This document shows, one piece after another, positions 8,922 through 17,751 of a DNA stretch of 64,000 nucleotides (position 1 is the first letter of the stretch; each line of letters opens with the position of its first letter). The notes beneath the pieces were generated by a model. It searched no databases, was not told the origin of the DNA, and saw only the letters and a program-made list of their open reading frames with translations. A program made the position numbers and the translations under genes. Source of the DNA: Vulcanimicrobiota bacterium (GTDB taxonomy: Bacteria; Vulcanimicrobiota; Vulcanimicrobiia; Vulcanimicrobiales; Vulcanimicrobiaceae); the NCBI GenBank assembly GCA_031363915.1, contig JANLVI010000007.1:190895-254894 (forward strand), written 5' to 3'.

Positions 8922-10292
8922 ATGGCGCCGTATCGGTTCGGGTTACTCGAGCTCTCACCGGATGAGCGCGTCGTCCGGCGCGCGGGAACCGCTGTGCCGC
9001 TCGCGCCAAAAGCTGTCGACGTGCTGATCGAACTCGTCGAACACATCGGTGAAGTCGTCGATAAGCGCACGCTGCTCGATCGCGTCTGGCCCGAGAGTTA
9101 CGTCGACGAAGCGAATCTCACGCAGACGATCTACGTGTTGCGCGCGTTTCTCAAAGAACAGTCGTGCGGTCTTGTTATCGATAACGTCCCCAAGCGCGGC
9201 TACGCTCTGCGCTTCAACGTGCCCGACGTGCCCGTCGCCGAAGCGCGCGCGAGCGAGCCGGTCGTGTTCGCGCGTACCTTCGCTGCCGTCATCGTTTTGA
9301 TGACGGCATTTTTTGCCGTGACCCACCGTGCACCGGGAACGCTCGATGCAAAAACGATGTCCGCATATCTGCTCGCCAAGCAGTACCAACTGCGCGGCTC
9401 TCTTGCGAGCTTGCAACGCAGCGATGCGCTCTACGCACAGGTAGCCGCCGCATATCCACAAAGCGCGCTCGGGTTTGCCGGTCGCTCGCAGACCGCCGCT
9501 AGCCTTGCGTTTTACGCGCGATCTGCAAGCGATCGCACGCAGATGCAGGGTCTCGCGACCGCCTATGCCGATGCCGCGCAGCGACGTGATTCGCAGTCCG
9601 CAGCGACCGACACGGCGCTCGGCGCAGTCCAAATGTCCGTACAACACGACGATGCCGCGGCGAGCCGCTCGTTTGCGCGTGCCCTCGCGCGCAATCCCGA
9701 TGAGTTGAGTGCACTTGCCTGGCAAGGGTCGCTGCTCCTCAACCGGGGCCGCATCGCTGAAGCGCGGCGGCTCTTCGCGCGCGCGGTGTCGCTTGCGCCC
9801 GACGTCCCCGGTACCCGCGCCTCGCTTGCCTGGACGGACTATCTGCTCGGCGATTATGGTGAGGCCATCGCCTTTTCCGAGCAGATGCTGCGCGCGAATG
9901 CGCTCGTGCCGATCGCCCGTTTGACGCTTGCAAACGCCTTCATCGAACGACGCGAATTTGGGGCGGCCGACGCCGTCATCGCCGATCTCGCCGCGCATCG
10001 CGGCACGCGCCTACAAGCCGCGTCGCTTGCCGCGCGGCTCGACGCCTTGCGCGGCCGCTCGCGAGCAGCGATCGGCGGACTCGCCCGGGCCGAGCGAACG
10101 ACCGACATCGATTCGACCGATGACTGGGACGCCTCGGCCATGGCCGCCGCGTACGTCGCGCTCGGCGACGCGCGCGCTGCGTACGTGTGGCTGGCGCGAG
10201 TGAGCCCGGGCGAGCGTCAGCAGATCGCGCACGATCCGCGGTTCAGCGCGCTCACACGCACGTCGCGCTTTCGGACCTGGGTCGAAGATTGA
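8922..10292 (+). CDS. ToxR/CadC-like membrane-bound transcriptional regulator: N-terminal OmpR/PhoB-type winged-helix domain, one TM helix, C-terminal TPR domain
   Basis: YRFGLLELSPDERVVRRAGTAVPLAPKAVDVLIELVEHIGEVVDKRTLLDRVWPESYVDEANLTQTIYVLRAFL matches the trans_reg_C consensus. The TM segment is FARTFAAVIVLMTAFFAV. About 300 aa of TPR-like repeats follow. The gene starts 12 nt after the previous gene. Confidence 0.8.
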   Translation: MAPYRFGLLELSPDERVVRRAGTAVPLAPKAVDVLIELVEHIGEVVDKRTLLDRVWPESYVDEANLTQTIYVLRAFLKEQSCGLVIDNVPKRGYALRFNVPDVPVAEARASEPVVFARTFAAVIVLMTAFFAVTHRAPGTLDAKTMSAYLLAKQYQLRGSLASLQRSDALYAQVAAAYPQSALGFAGRSQTAASLAFYARSASDRTQMQGLATAYADAAQRRDSQSAATDTALGAVQMSVQHDDAAASRSFARALARNPDELSALAWQGSLLLNRGRIAEARRLFARAVSLAPDVPGTRASLAWTDYLLGDYGEAIAFSEQMLRANALVPIARLTLANAFIERREFGAADAVIADLAAHRGTRLQAASLAARLDALRGRSRAAIGGLARAERTTDIDSTDDWDASAMAAAYVALGDARAAYVWLARVSPGERQQIAHDPRFSALTRTSRFRTWVED

Positions 10293-10384
10293 GCGTTTTT
10301 TGAGGACTTTTTTAGGACGCGGACGGTCTCGGCGGGCGAAAATCTGAGGACACCTAGCCCTCTCCAACCGCGAGGTCGTCCACT

Positions 10385-10636
10385 GTGTCAAAAATTTTCC
10401 GCGCCGCCTTAGCGCCGGCGATCGTCTTCATCTCGTCCGTGCCGGTGCGCGGCATTGCCGGAACGACCGGCCAAATCGCCGGGACCGTGACTGCCGGTGG
10501 CGTGCCGGTCGCGGGCGTCACCCTCACCGCCGAGTCGCCGACCGGGCGCTACGAGACCAAGACCGGCGCGCAAGGGTACGACGCACCCAATCGCGCTCCG
10601 CGGGCGCTGCGGTTTCACTACCAGTTGGGGTTCTGA
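10385..10636 (+). CDS. Small secreted protein carrying a truncated carboxypeptidase-regulatory-like (CarboxypepD_reg) N-terminal module; possible gene fragment
   Basis: GTG start, signal peptide, then GQIAGTVTAGGVPVAGVTLTAESPTGRYETKTGAQGY, which resembles the start of the beta-sandwich found at the N-terminus of TonB-dependent receptors. The ORF stops after about 50 aa of that domain (83 aa total). The stop is followed 2 nt later by the next start. Confidence 0.35.
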   Translation: MSKIFRAALAPAIVFISSVPVRGIAGTTGQIAGTVTAGGVPVAGVTLTAESPTGRYETKTGAQGYDAPNRAPRALRFHYQLGF

Positions 10637-10638
10637 TC

Positions 10639-11157
10639 GTGCGTTTTCGCCTCATGACGTTCATCACTCTGGCCTTTGCCCTCGCCGCCGATGCAGCGGG
10701 CGCGACGGACGATTCACCGATCGCCCGCATCGCGGCGTATCAGGGCACGTGGACGACGACCATCGTGCATCACAAAACTGCGTATAGCCGTGCGCGAACC
10801 GAGACGAGTCGCGTGCGGAACGATTGCTGGCGTAGTGCCGAATACTATACGTGTCATCAATTCGTCAATGGAGCGTCGGCGGCGCTCATCGTGTATACCT
10901 ATGACCCCAAGGTCGCGCTTTACCACACGCACGTTATCGTGGGCGGCGCGGCCCCGGCGCCAGCGGGCAACTTGCAGATCGCGGGTGCGACGTGGACGTA
11001 CCCCTGGCGCGATCGTGACGAGCATGGCAGACAACTCGACGTCCGCATCGTCAATACGTTCCGCTCGCCGCGAACCATCGAATTCCGTCAGGAAGTCTCG
11101 AGCGACCACGTGCACTGGACGCGCACGGCCGACGGAACCGAACATCGGAGCGACTAG
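10639..11157 (+). CDS. Hypothetical secreted protein
   Basis: Signal peptide MRFRLMTFITLAFALAADAAGA. 172 aa with no recognisable family. Tightly coupled to the preceding small ORF. Confidence 0.55.
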   Translation: MRFRLMTFITLAFALAADAAGATDDSPIARIAAYQGTWTTTIVHHKTAYSRARTETSRVRNDCWRSAEYYTCHQFVNGASAALIVYTYDPKVALYHTHVIVGGAAPAPAGNLQIAGATWTYPWRDRDEHGRQLDVRIVNTFRSPRTIEFRQEVSSDHVHWTRTADGTEHRSD

Positions 11158-12995
11158 AGCGGCGGGATTTTCTTGCCGAAATATTCGGCGATGATGTGTT
11201 GCGCGACGGGCGCGGCCACGGTCGAGCCGTAACTGCCGCTGCCTTCCATGTAGACGGCCATCGCGATCTTGGGATGGTCGCTTGGCGCATACGCGACAAA
11301 CCACGTCGTGTTCGAACCCGCGCCGTTGACGCCGATTTCGGCGGTGCCGGTCTTGCCCCCGAACGGAACGCCATCGACTTTGAGGCCGTAAGCGGTGCCG
11401 CCTGGATCGGTGACTTTGTCCATCCCCGCGCGCACTTCTCTGAGCGATTCGGCGGTGACATTCACTTTGCGAATCACTTCGTGATCGAAGCGCTTGATGA
11501 TGCGACCGGCGGGATTGCGAATCGCGTCGACCAGATGCGGCCGATGCAGGATGCCGCCGTTGACGACCGTTGCGGTGATGTTTGCCATCTGTAAGGGCGT
11601 CGCTTCCATCGCGCCTTGACCGATTGCCAGCTGACAGACGTCGCTCGGTTCGAGCGGGAGCTTGTAGACGCGCATCGACCATTCCATCGTGGGCCAGTTG
11701 CCTTCGAACTCGCCGGGGATATCGATCCCAAGTTTTTGATCGAGACCGTATTGGAGCGCGTAGTAGCGCAATCGTTCGTGACCGAGCCGGTCACCGAGTT
11801 GGTAAAAGTAACCGTCGCTCGATGCGGCGAGCGCGTGCACGAAATTCGTCGAGCCGAGTCCCCCGGCGGCGATGTCGCGGAACGTGAAGCCGTGACATTT
11901 CCACGCTCCCGAGTCGTACAGAACTTGATTGGGTTTGATGACGCCCGCGCTGATAGCGCCCGATCCTGTCACCATTTTGAACGTCGAGCCCGTCGGTGAT
12001 GCGGCGCCGATCGCGCGGTTGTAGAGCGGCCGTAGCGAGTCGTTCATGTAGTGCGAGAATTTCGATTGGCTAATCGGCGTTGCGAAGTCGTTCGGATCAA
12101 ATTCCGGATACGAAGCCATCGCAAGAACGCCGCCGTCCGTCGGGTCGATGATGACGACCGCGCCCGCAAGCTTGTGGTGGCGGATCGCACTCCACTTTTT
12201 GATCTGCGCGATCAGATTCTTTTCGACGATTTTTTGCAGGCGCCAGTCGACCGCGGTCACGAGCGTATTGCCGGGGATCGGGTCGACCGAACGCAACTTG
12301 CGAACGACGCCGCCCGAGGCGTTCACCTCGACTTGTTCGCCGCCGTTCTTGCCGCGCAAGTATCCATCGTAGCTTTCTTCGAGTCCGGCTTTGCCGATGA
12401 CGTCGTTCGATGAATAGCCGAGGCGCCGCAATTTTGCATACTCGTCTTCGGTAATTGCGCCGACCTGGCCGACGAGGTGCGAGCCCCACCCGTGATACGG
12501 ATAGTTGCGCACGGCAGGTTCCTCGACGTCGATGCCCGGCAGTTCGTTCTCCGCTTCGACCAAGCGCGCCATTTGCGCGGTCGAAAGATCGCTCACGAGA
12601 ATGACCGGACCGTAGGGTTCGTAGATGGCGACTTCATCGAAGTCTTTGTAGTTGACGCCGTGGTGGTGCAGCAGTCGTTTCCAGAGCTTCGCCTCGGGGA
12701 CGCCGAGGACGCGCGCGACGCCTTTGATCTCGGCGTTGATGTCTTTGACGAGCGATGGGATCAGCGCGCACACGAACGAGGGGCGACTTCGCACCATGAT
12801 CGTGCCGTGACGGTCGACGATCAGACCGCGCGGCGCGACGACGGGAATTTTTTGTATTTGGTTTGCACGCGCGGCGGCAGCGAACGTTTCGCCTTGCACG
12901 ATCTGCACTTGCGTGAGCCGTACCACGATTGCGACGAGCGCGATCGCGAGCGCGATGATGAACCCGGCAATCCGAAGCGGCGAACGCAGCGGCAT
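11154..12995 (-). CDS. mrdA: Peptidoglycan D,D-transpeptidase PBP2
   Basis: SxxK (STFK), SxN and KTGTAE motifs, with a TM anchor LRIAGFIIALAIALVAIVV. ATG at 12995 (Met-73 of track ORF 11154..13211); the upstream 72 codons are a Ser/Ala/Arg-rich extension overlapping mreD. Confidence 0.9.
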   Translation of the reverse strand: MPLRSPLRIAGFIIALAIALVAIVVRLTQVQIVQGETFAAAARANQIQKIPVVAPRGLIVDRHGTIMVRSRPSFVCALIPSLVKDINAEIKGVARVLGVPEAKLWKRLLHHHGVNYKDFDEVAIYEPYGPVILVSDLSTAQMARLVEAENELPGIDVEEPAVRNYPYHGWGSHLVGQVGAITEDEYAKLRRLGYSSNDVIGKAGLEESYDGYLRGKNGGEQVEVNASGGVVRKLRSVDPIPGNTLVTAVDWRLQKIVEKNLIAQIKKWSAIRHHKLAGAVVIIDPTDGGVLAMASYPEFDPNDFATPISQSKFSHYMNDSLRPLYNRAIGAASPTGSTFKMVTGSGAISAGVIKPNQVLYDSGAWKCHGFTFRDIAAGGLGSTNFVHALAASSDGYFYQLGDRLGHERLRYYALQYGLDQKLGIDIPGEFEGNWPTMEWSMRVYKLPLEPSDVCQLAIGQGAMEATPLQMANITATVVNGGILHRPHLVDAIRNPAGRIIKRFDHEVIRKVNVTAESLREVRAGMDKVTDPGGTAYGLKVDGVPFGGKTGTAEIGVNGAGSNTTWFVAYAPSDHPKIAMAVYMEGSGSYGSTVAAPVAQHIIAEYFGKKIPPL

Positions 12996-13008
12996 TACTT
13001 GTTCGCCA

Positions 13009-13515
13009 CTAGATGCGCTGCACGCTCGTCGCATCGACGACGAAGCGAGTGCGGATGACAAGATAGACGAAAGCGGCGACGCCGGTTGCGAGCGCTTGAT
13101 AGACTGCCGCGTGCGCGTGAGCGATGCCCAGGCCCTGCGGGTAGCCTTCGACGCGCATGACGAGCCAGAAGATCGAGTCGCGCACGAGGACGCCGCCCGC
13201 GACGATCGCACTGAGGATCGTGAAGCCGTCGCTGAAGAAAGAGCGCGCGATGCGGCCCGCGCCCAGTGCGACTAGCACCGTTGCGATCGTCCAGGCGCCG
13301 CCGGTACCCGTGGAAAGTGCGTCTTCGAGAATTCCGGCGACGAGGCCGACGATGACGCCGCGCGTGATACCGGTACGCAGTGCGAAGAGCACGACGGCGA
13401 TCGTGATGAACGATGGCACCACGCCGCGCACGGCCAAAATCGGGCCGAGTGTCGTCTGCACGAGTGCCGCAAGCGCGACAAAGCCGAGCGTCGCCCACAC
13501 GCCTGGGCCGCGCAC
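13009..13515 (-). CDS. mreD: Rod shape-determining protein MreD
   Basis: About 165-aa polytopic membrane protein immediately between mreC and mrdA. The start is uncertain (GTG near 13515 or 13500). The N-terminal 60 codons of the track ORF are an extension. Confidence 0.7.
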   Translation of the reverse strand: MRGPGVWATLGFVALAALVQTTLGPILAVRGVVPSFITIAVVLFALRTGITRGVIVGLVAGILEDALSTGTGGAWTIATVLVALGAGRIARSFFSDGFTILSAIVAGGVLVRDSIFWLVMRVEGYPQGLGIAHAHAAVYQALATGVAAFVYLVIRTRFVVDATSVQRI

Positions 13516-13534
13516 GATCTCGATCGAACGATAT

Positions 13535-14353
13535 TTATTTTTGTAGGACGAGGACACGATGCAGACGGACGAGAGAAACGGCAGGTTCGACGATCGCACT
13601 CTGGTCGAGGGCGCCTGCGGCGGAGGGCGTAACGTAAGCGATGCGGCCGATGAGAATACCGGCGTGGAAACTGCGTCCCTCGCCGGTGATGACGGCATCT
13701 CCCGGTACGAGGTGCGCGTCTTGCGGAACGTACTGTAATTTCACGCGCGTTTGGGTACCGACGGCGATCGACCACCAGCGTCCGCGCTGGACCACGGCGG
13801 GGATGCGGCTGGTGATGTCGTTGACCAGGAGAACTTTACTCGAGAGCAGCGTCACGTCGACGATGCGGCCGACGACGCCGTCGCTCGTAATGACACCGTC
13901 ATCGCGGCGTACGCCGTCTTTGCTGCCGCGGTCGATCGTGATGGCGTGGACCGCGCCTTCGGGGTCGAAGCCGATGACGCTCGCAGCGATCGCGTGCGGG
14001 TAGCGTACTTGCGCTGCGATGACGTCGCGTTCTGCCGGAACGCGCGCGAGTTCTTCGGTGAAGGCCAGGTTCTCGTCGTGCAGACGTTGGTTTTCATCGC
14101 GCAGGACGGCGTTCTCGCGGGCCAGTCCCGGTGTGCGGGCGACGGTCTCGAAGCCGCCGCGCGTTCCATCGCGAATCGCAGCAAGCGTTATTTCGAAATA
14201 TGTAGCTGTTGTGGTGACGATTGTGGTGAGCGGACTGGTGCGTCCCTGACGGGCGAAGCTAACTTGAAGTAAGGCGACTAAAGCGGCGACAATGACGACG
14301 CCGATTAGCGCGAATAGCTTTCGTTCATCCCGATACGTAAAGATTGGTACCAC
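13535..14353 (-). CDS. mreC: Rod shape-determining protein MreC
   Basis: N-terminal TM LFALIGVVIVAALVALLQ, a coiled-coil region (RENAVLRDENQRLHDENLAF) and C-terminal beta domains typical of MreC. The start is uncertain; the track ORF start at 14437 would overlap mreB by 130 nt. Confidence 0.8.
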   Translation of the reverse strand: MVPIFTYRDERKLFALIGVVIVAALVALLQVSFARQGRTSPLTTIVTTTATYFEITLAAIRDGTRGGFETVARTPGLARENAVLRDENQRLHDENLAFTEELARVPAERDVIAAQVRYPHAIAASVIGFDPEGAVHAITIDRGSKDGVRRDDGVITSDGVVGRIVDVTLLSSKVLLVNDITSRIPAVVQRGRWWSIAVGTQTRVKLQYVPQDAHLVPGDAVITGEGRSFHAGILIGRIAYVTPSAAGALDQSAIVEPAVSLVRLHRVLVLQK

Positions 14354-15378
14354 CTCGTCACGCGATCGACCGACGGACGTAAATTTTCGAGCAGCGACGG
14401 CGTTGCCAGAATCAAGCCTGCCCCACGGGCAACGCACGTGAGCGGGTCGATTGCGACCGTCGTCGGCACGTTCGAACGCACGGCGAGTTCGCCTGCGAGC
14501 CCGGGGATCAGCGCTCCGCCGCCGGTGAGCACGATCCCGGTTTCGAGCAGGTCGGCTGCGAGGTCCGGCGGGGTCGATTCGAGCACGCTCCAGACCGCGC
14601 GTACGATCTGCGCGATCCCATCGGCCATCGCATCGCCGATGATCTGCTCGTCGATCGCCCGGCTGCGCGGCGACATCGCCGAAAGATCCGAGCCGCTCAC
14701 GGTGAACGGACTGCGGCCCGGCGGGCGGCCTGCAAAGCCGAGTTCGATTTTGAGCTGCTCGGAGGTGAGCGGCCCGATGATAAAGCGCTCGTTACGCATG
14801 CGGTTTGCGATCGCGGTATCGAAGTAGTCGCCGCCGACTTTGATCGACCTGAGCGCAACGACGCCGGTTAGCGAGAGGATAGCAACTTCGGTCGTACCGC
14901 CGCCGATGTCGACGACCATCATGCCGTGGTTCGTCGTGATGTCGAGGCCCGCGCCGACGGCGGCAGCGACCGCTTGCGGAACGAAGGTGACGTTGCGCGC
15001 GCCTGCCGAGCGGACGGCCTCTTCCACTGCTTTGCACTCGATGTCCGTCGCACATCCAGGGACGCAGGCGATGACGCGCGGGGCGATCCGCGTTTTCGAG
15101 CGGAGGGCCCGGTCGACCATCGTCGAGATTAGCGCGTGGGCGCCACGGAAATCGGAGATCGTACCGCCGCGCAGCGGTCGAACCACGCGCACGCGGCCGG
15201 GGGCCCGGCCGTCCATTTCTTTTGCCGCGCGACCAACGGCGAGGATCGAATCATCGGACGTGCGATAGGCGACGACCGAAGGTTCGGAGATGAGAATCCC
15301 CTCGTTGCGCTCGTAAACCACGGTGTTCGCGGTGCCAAGATCGATGCCGATGTCCGGGCGGAACGACATGATGTTCAT
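14305..15378 (-). CDS. mreB: Actin-like rod-shape protein MreB
   Basis: DIGIDLGTANTVVY, VDIGGGTTEVAILS and LTGGGALIPGL are actin-fold phosphate-binding motifs typical of MreB. Confidence 0.95.
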   Translation of the reverse strand: MNIMSFRPDIGIDLGTANTVVYERNEGILISEPSVVAYRTSDDSILAVGRAAKEMDGRAPGRVRVVRPLRGGTISDFRGAHALISTMVDRALRSKTRIAPRVIACVPGCATDIECKAVEEAVRSAGARNVTFVPQAVAAAVGAGLDITTNHGMMVVDIGGGTTEVAILSLTGVVALRSIKVGGDYFDTAIANRMRNERFIIGPLTSEQLKIELGFAGRPPGRSPFTVSGSDLSAMSPRSRAIDEQIIGDAMADGIAQIVRAVWSVLESTPPDLAADLLETGIVLTGGGALIPGLAGELAVRSNVPTTVAIDPLTCVARGAGLILATPSLLENLRPSVDRVTRWYQSLRIGMNESYSR

Positions 15379-15953
15379 GCAGAGGCTCCCAATGTCCAGC
15401 CGATGGTGGAGACGGCTCGCGCGAAGGCGGCCAGCGGAAAACCCATCACGGTGTAAAAGTCGCCGTCGATCGCCTCGACGAGCGTCGCACCGCGGCCTTG
15501 AATGCCGTAGGCGCCGGCTTTATCCATGCCGTCATCCGTCGCGACGTAGCGTTCGATTTCTGCGGCGCTCAAATCGTAAAAGCGGACGCGCGTTGTCGAG
15601 GCAAAGTCGAACGAACGTTCGCTGGTCGCATCATGCAGTGCGACGGCGGTGTGGACCAGGTGTTCGCGACCTGAGAGGCGTTCGATCATCGCCCGCGATT
15701 GCGTCTGGTCGCGCGGCTTGCCGAGCGCTTCGCCGTCCACATCGACCACGGTGTCCGCGCCGATAATGACGCTCTCAAGAGAGCGATCGCACCTGGCACC
15801 GGTAGCTTTTCCCTGGGCGTGGATCATGGCGAGTTCCATCGGCGTTACGCCGACGAGATCAACCTCGAGGTAGTCGCTGGGGACAACGTTCACGACGATT
15901 CCGAGTGATGCAAGCAACTCGCGTCGTCGCGGAGACGCACTTGCAAGGGTCAC
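15375..15953 (-). CDS. maf: Maf-like nucleoside triphosphate pyrophosphatase
   Basis: LASASPRRRELL, IGADTVVDVDGEALGKP and DKAGAYGIQGRGATLVEAIDGDFYTVMGFPL. The gene overlaps the mreB start by 4 nt. Confidence 0.9.
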   Translation of the reverse strand: MTLASASPRRRELLASLGIVVNVVPSDYLEVDLVGVTPMELAMIHAQGKATGARCDRSLESVIIGADTVVDVDGEALGKPRDQTQSRAMIERLSGREHLVHTAVALHDATSERSFDFASTTRVRFYDLSAAEIERYVATDDGMDKAGAYGIQGRGATLVEAIDGDFYTVMGFPLAAFARAVSTIGWTLGASA

Positions 15954-16037
15954 GGCACGCAGAAGTCGCTCTGAACGTATGATGCAACGATTATAAAGTG
16001 TGCGTGCGGTAAATTACTAGCGCGAATCACAAAAATG

Positions 16038-16451
16038 TTATCCATATCGCTTGTTTTGAATTTGGATGAAGCCATCGGGATGTCGTCCGCGCGGGTCGCG
16101 ATGCGTCCAGTGGATGACGCCGCCGCGCGGATCGAATTCATATTCGCCGCGCACGACGACCGGTTCGCCCGCTGCAATCGGCATCGCCCCGGTGAAGTCG
16201 ACGTTGGCTTCGACGCGCACGGTGAGCCCGCGGCCGCTTGCCCCGGCGAGGTGGAGGAGAAAGCCCTCGTGCGCGGCTGAAACGCCGCTGCGCGTGCCCA
16301 AATCGCGCGCGATGACGCCGCTGGCGGTCACTTCGACGTGCGAGCGCTGTGCGCGCCACGCATCGTACACGACCGAATTTCCCTCGTTTGCGAGCGGCGG
16401 GGAGACGCAGCCCGTGAGCACCAGGCCAAGAAGCAGCGCGAATCTACGCAT
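16038..16451 (-). CDS. DUF3465-type lipoprotein
   Basis: ATG at 16451 inside track ORF 16038..16778. Lipobox LLGLVLTGC. Conserved C-terminal block GEYEFDPRGGVIHWTHRDPRGRHPDGFI. The start overlaps the lysA stop (ATGCGTAG). Confidence 0.65.
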   Translation of the reverse strand: MRRFALLLGLVLTGCVSPPLANEGNSVVYDAWRAQRSHVEVTASGVIARDLGTRSGVSAAHEGFLLHLAGASGRGLTVRVEANVDFTGAMPIAAGEPVVVRGEYEFDPRGGVIHWTHRDPRGRHPDGFIQIQNKRYG

Positions 16452-17751
16452 CGAGGTCGTTGCGTAAGACGTCGTCGGGATGTTCTCCGCGGACGGCGAG
16501 CCGATGCTTTCCCTGGCCGACGAAGACGACGGGCGGCTTGCCAAACCGGTTGTAGTTGCTCGCCATCGCGAACGTGTACGCGCCGGTCGTGCAGAGGACG
16601 AGCAAGTCGCCGCTCGCGAGCGAATTGGGAAGTACGGCGGTGACGAGGACGTCGTTTTCGCACGACCGACCGCAGACGGTTGCCTCACTTGCGGCCGCGC
16701 CTGCTGCAGAGCGGGCGACGAGCGGATGGTGGTAGGCATCGTAGAGTGCCGGGCGCGGGTTATCGGCGATACCGCCATCGGCGATTACGAAGCGGCGGCG
16801 GCCCTGGCGTTTGACAGCCATGACGGAATAAAGCGACGTGCCGGCCCGGGCGACGATCGCGCGACCGGGTTCGATCGCCAGGCGCGGCGTCGGAATGGAA
16901 AGTTCGGCAGCAAAACGTGCCGCGTCGGCCGCAAGGCCGGTAAAGAGCGTGGCGATGTCGATCGGCGCGTCCTCGCCGGGCGCCTCTTCTACGCCGTAGC
17001 CGCCGCCGACGATCAGGCGTTCGATCGCGATGCCGTGGGTGCGGGCGCGGGCAGCCGTCTCGAGCAGCGTTCGAAGGTTCGCATGGTAGGGGTCGGTTTC
17101 GGCGATCTGCGAGCCGATGTGGGCGTGCAGTCCCACGCAACGCAATTGCGGAAGACCGCGCAGCTGAGCGAAGGCTGCGTCGAGGTCGTCGAGCGGAAAG
17201 CCGAACTTCGTGTTCTCGCCGGTCGTTCGAATAAAGTCGTGTGTGTGCGCCTCGATCCCGACGTTGACGCGTAAGATGATGGTCAGCGGTGCGGCAGATT
17301 GCGCGCGCTCGGCGAGGCGTTCGAGTTCTTCGCGGTTGTCGACGATGGTCAGACCGACGCGCCCGGCAGCCGCCGCATCGAGTTCAGCATCGGATTTCCC
17401 ACAGCCGTGAAAAGCGAGTCGTTCGGGTGGGAATCCGGCGCGTTCCGCGGTGAGCAATTCGCCGAGCGAACAAACGTCGAGATCCAACTCGCGCGCGGCG
17501 AGGTGTCGCGCGAAGGCCGTGCAGAGAAATGCTTTGCCCGCGTATGCGATGTCGATGCCGTGCGGCGCGCACGCGCTGAGGAATGTGTCGATCGCGCGAT
17601 CGACAACGTCGAGATCGATGACGAAGACGGGCGTGCCGTAGGTGCGTGCAAGATCGCTTGCGAGTACGCCGCCAATGAGGAGTTCACCGTCGCTTGCGCG
17701 CGTGTGACCGGCCGCCGTTGCGGTTCGCCAATCGTCGCGCACGTCGATCAC
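16444..17751 (-). CDS. lysA: Diaminopimelate decarboxylase
   Basis: Fold-III PLP decarboxylase: AGKAFLC, HIGSQ, EPGRAIVARAG and CGRSCENDV. Confidence 0.95.
   Translation of the reverse strand: MIDVRDDWRTATAAGHTRASDGELLIGGVLASDLARTYGTPVFVIDLDVVDRAIDTFLSACAPHGIDIAYAGKAFLCTAFARHLAARELDLDVCSLGELLTAERAGFPPERLAFHGCGKSDAELDAAAAGRVGLTIVDNREELERLAERAQSAAPLTIILRVNVGIEAHTHDFIRTTGENTKFGFPLDDLDAAFAQLRGLPQLRCVGLHAHIGSQIAETDPYHANLRTLLETAARARTHGIAIERLIVGGGYGVEEAPGEDAPIDIATLFTGLAADAARFAAELSIPTPRLAIEPGRAIVARAGTSLYSVMAVKRQGRRRFVIADGGIADNPRPALYDAYHHPLVARSAAGAAASEATVCGRSCENDVLVTAVLPNSLASGDLLVLCTTGAYTFAMASNYNRFGKPPVVFVGQGKHRLAVRGEHPDDVLRNDLDA

Noticed and set aside
12996-13211. N-terminal extensions in the track ORFs for mrdA (72 aa), mreD (~60 aa), the OMP (126 aa), phr (60 aa), trmL (26 aa), thiD (93 aa), rnc (215 aa), the EamA transporter (120 aa) and the VOC enzyme (95 aa)
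   Set aside because: The extensions are Arg/Ser/Ala-rich, overlap the upstream gene in another frame, and precede an internal Met/Val that restores the conserved family N-terminus. I trimmed the starts accordingly.
13515-13560. Short AT-rich island (ATATTTATTTTTGTA) between mreC and mreD as a possible internal promoter or mobile-element scar
   Set aside because: It is only about 15 nt with no flanking repeats. It is compatible with a ribosome-binding or spacer region and too small to interpret.
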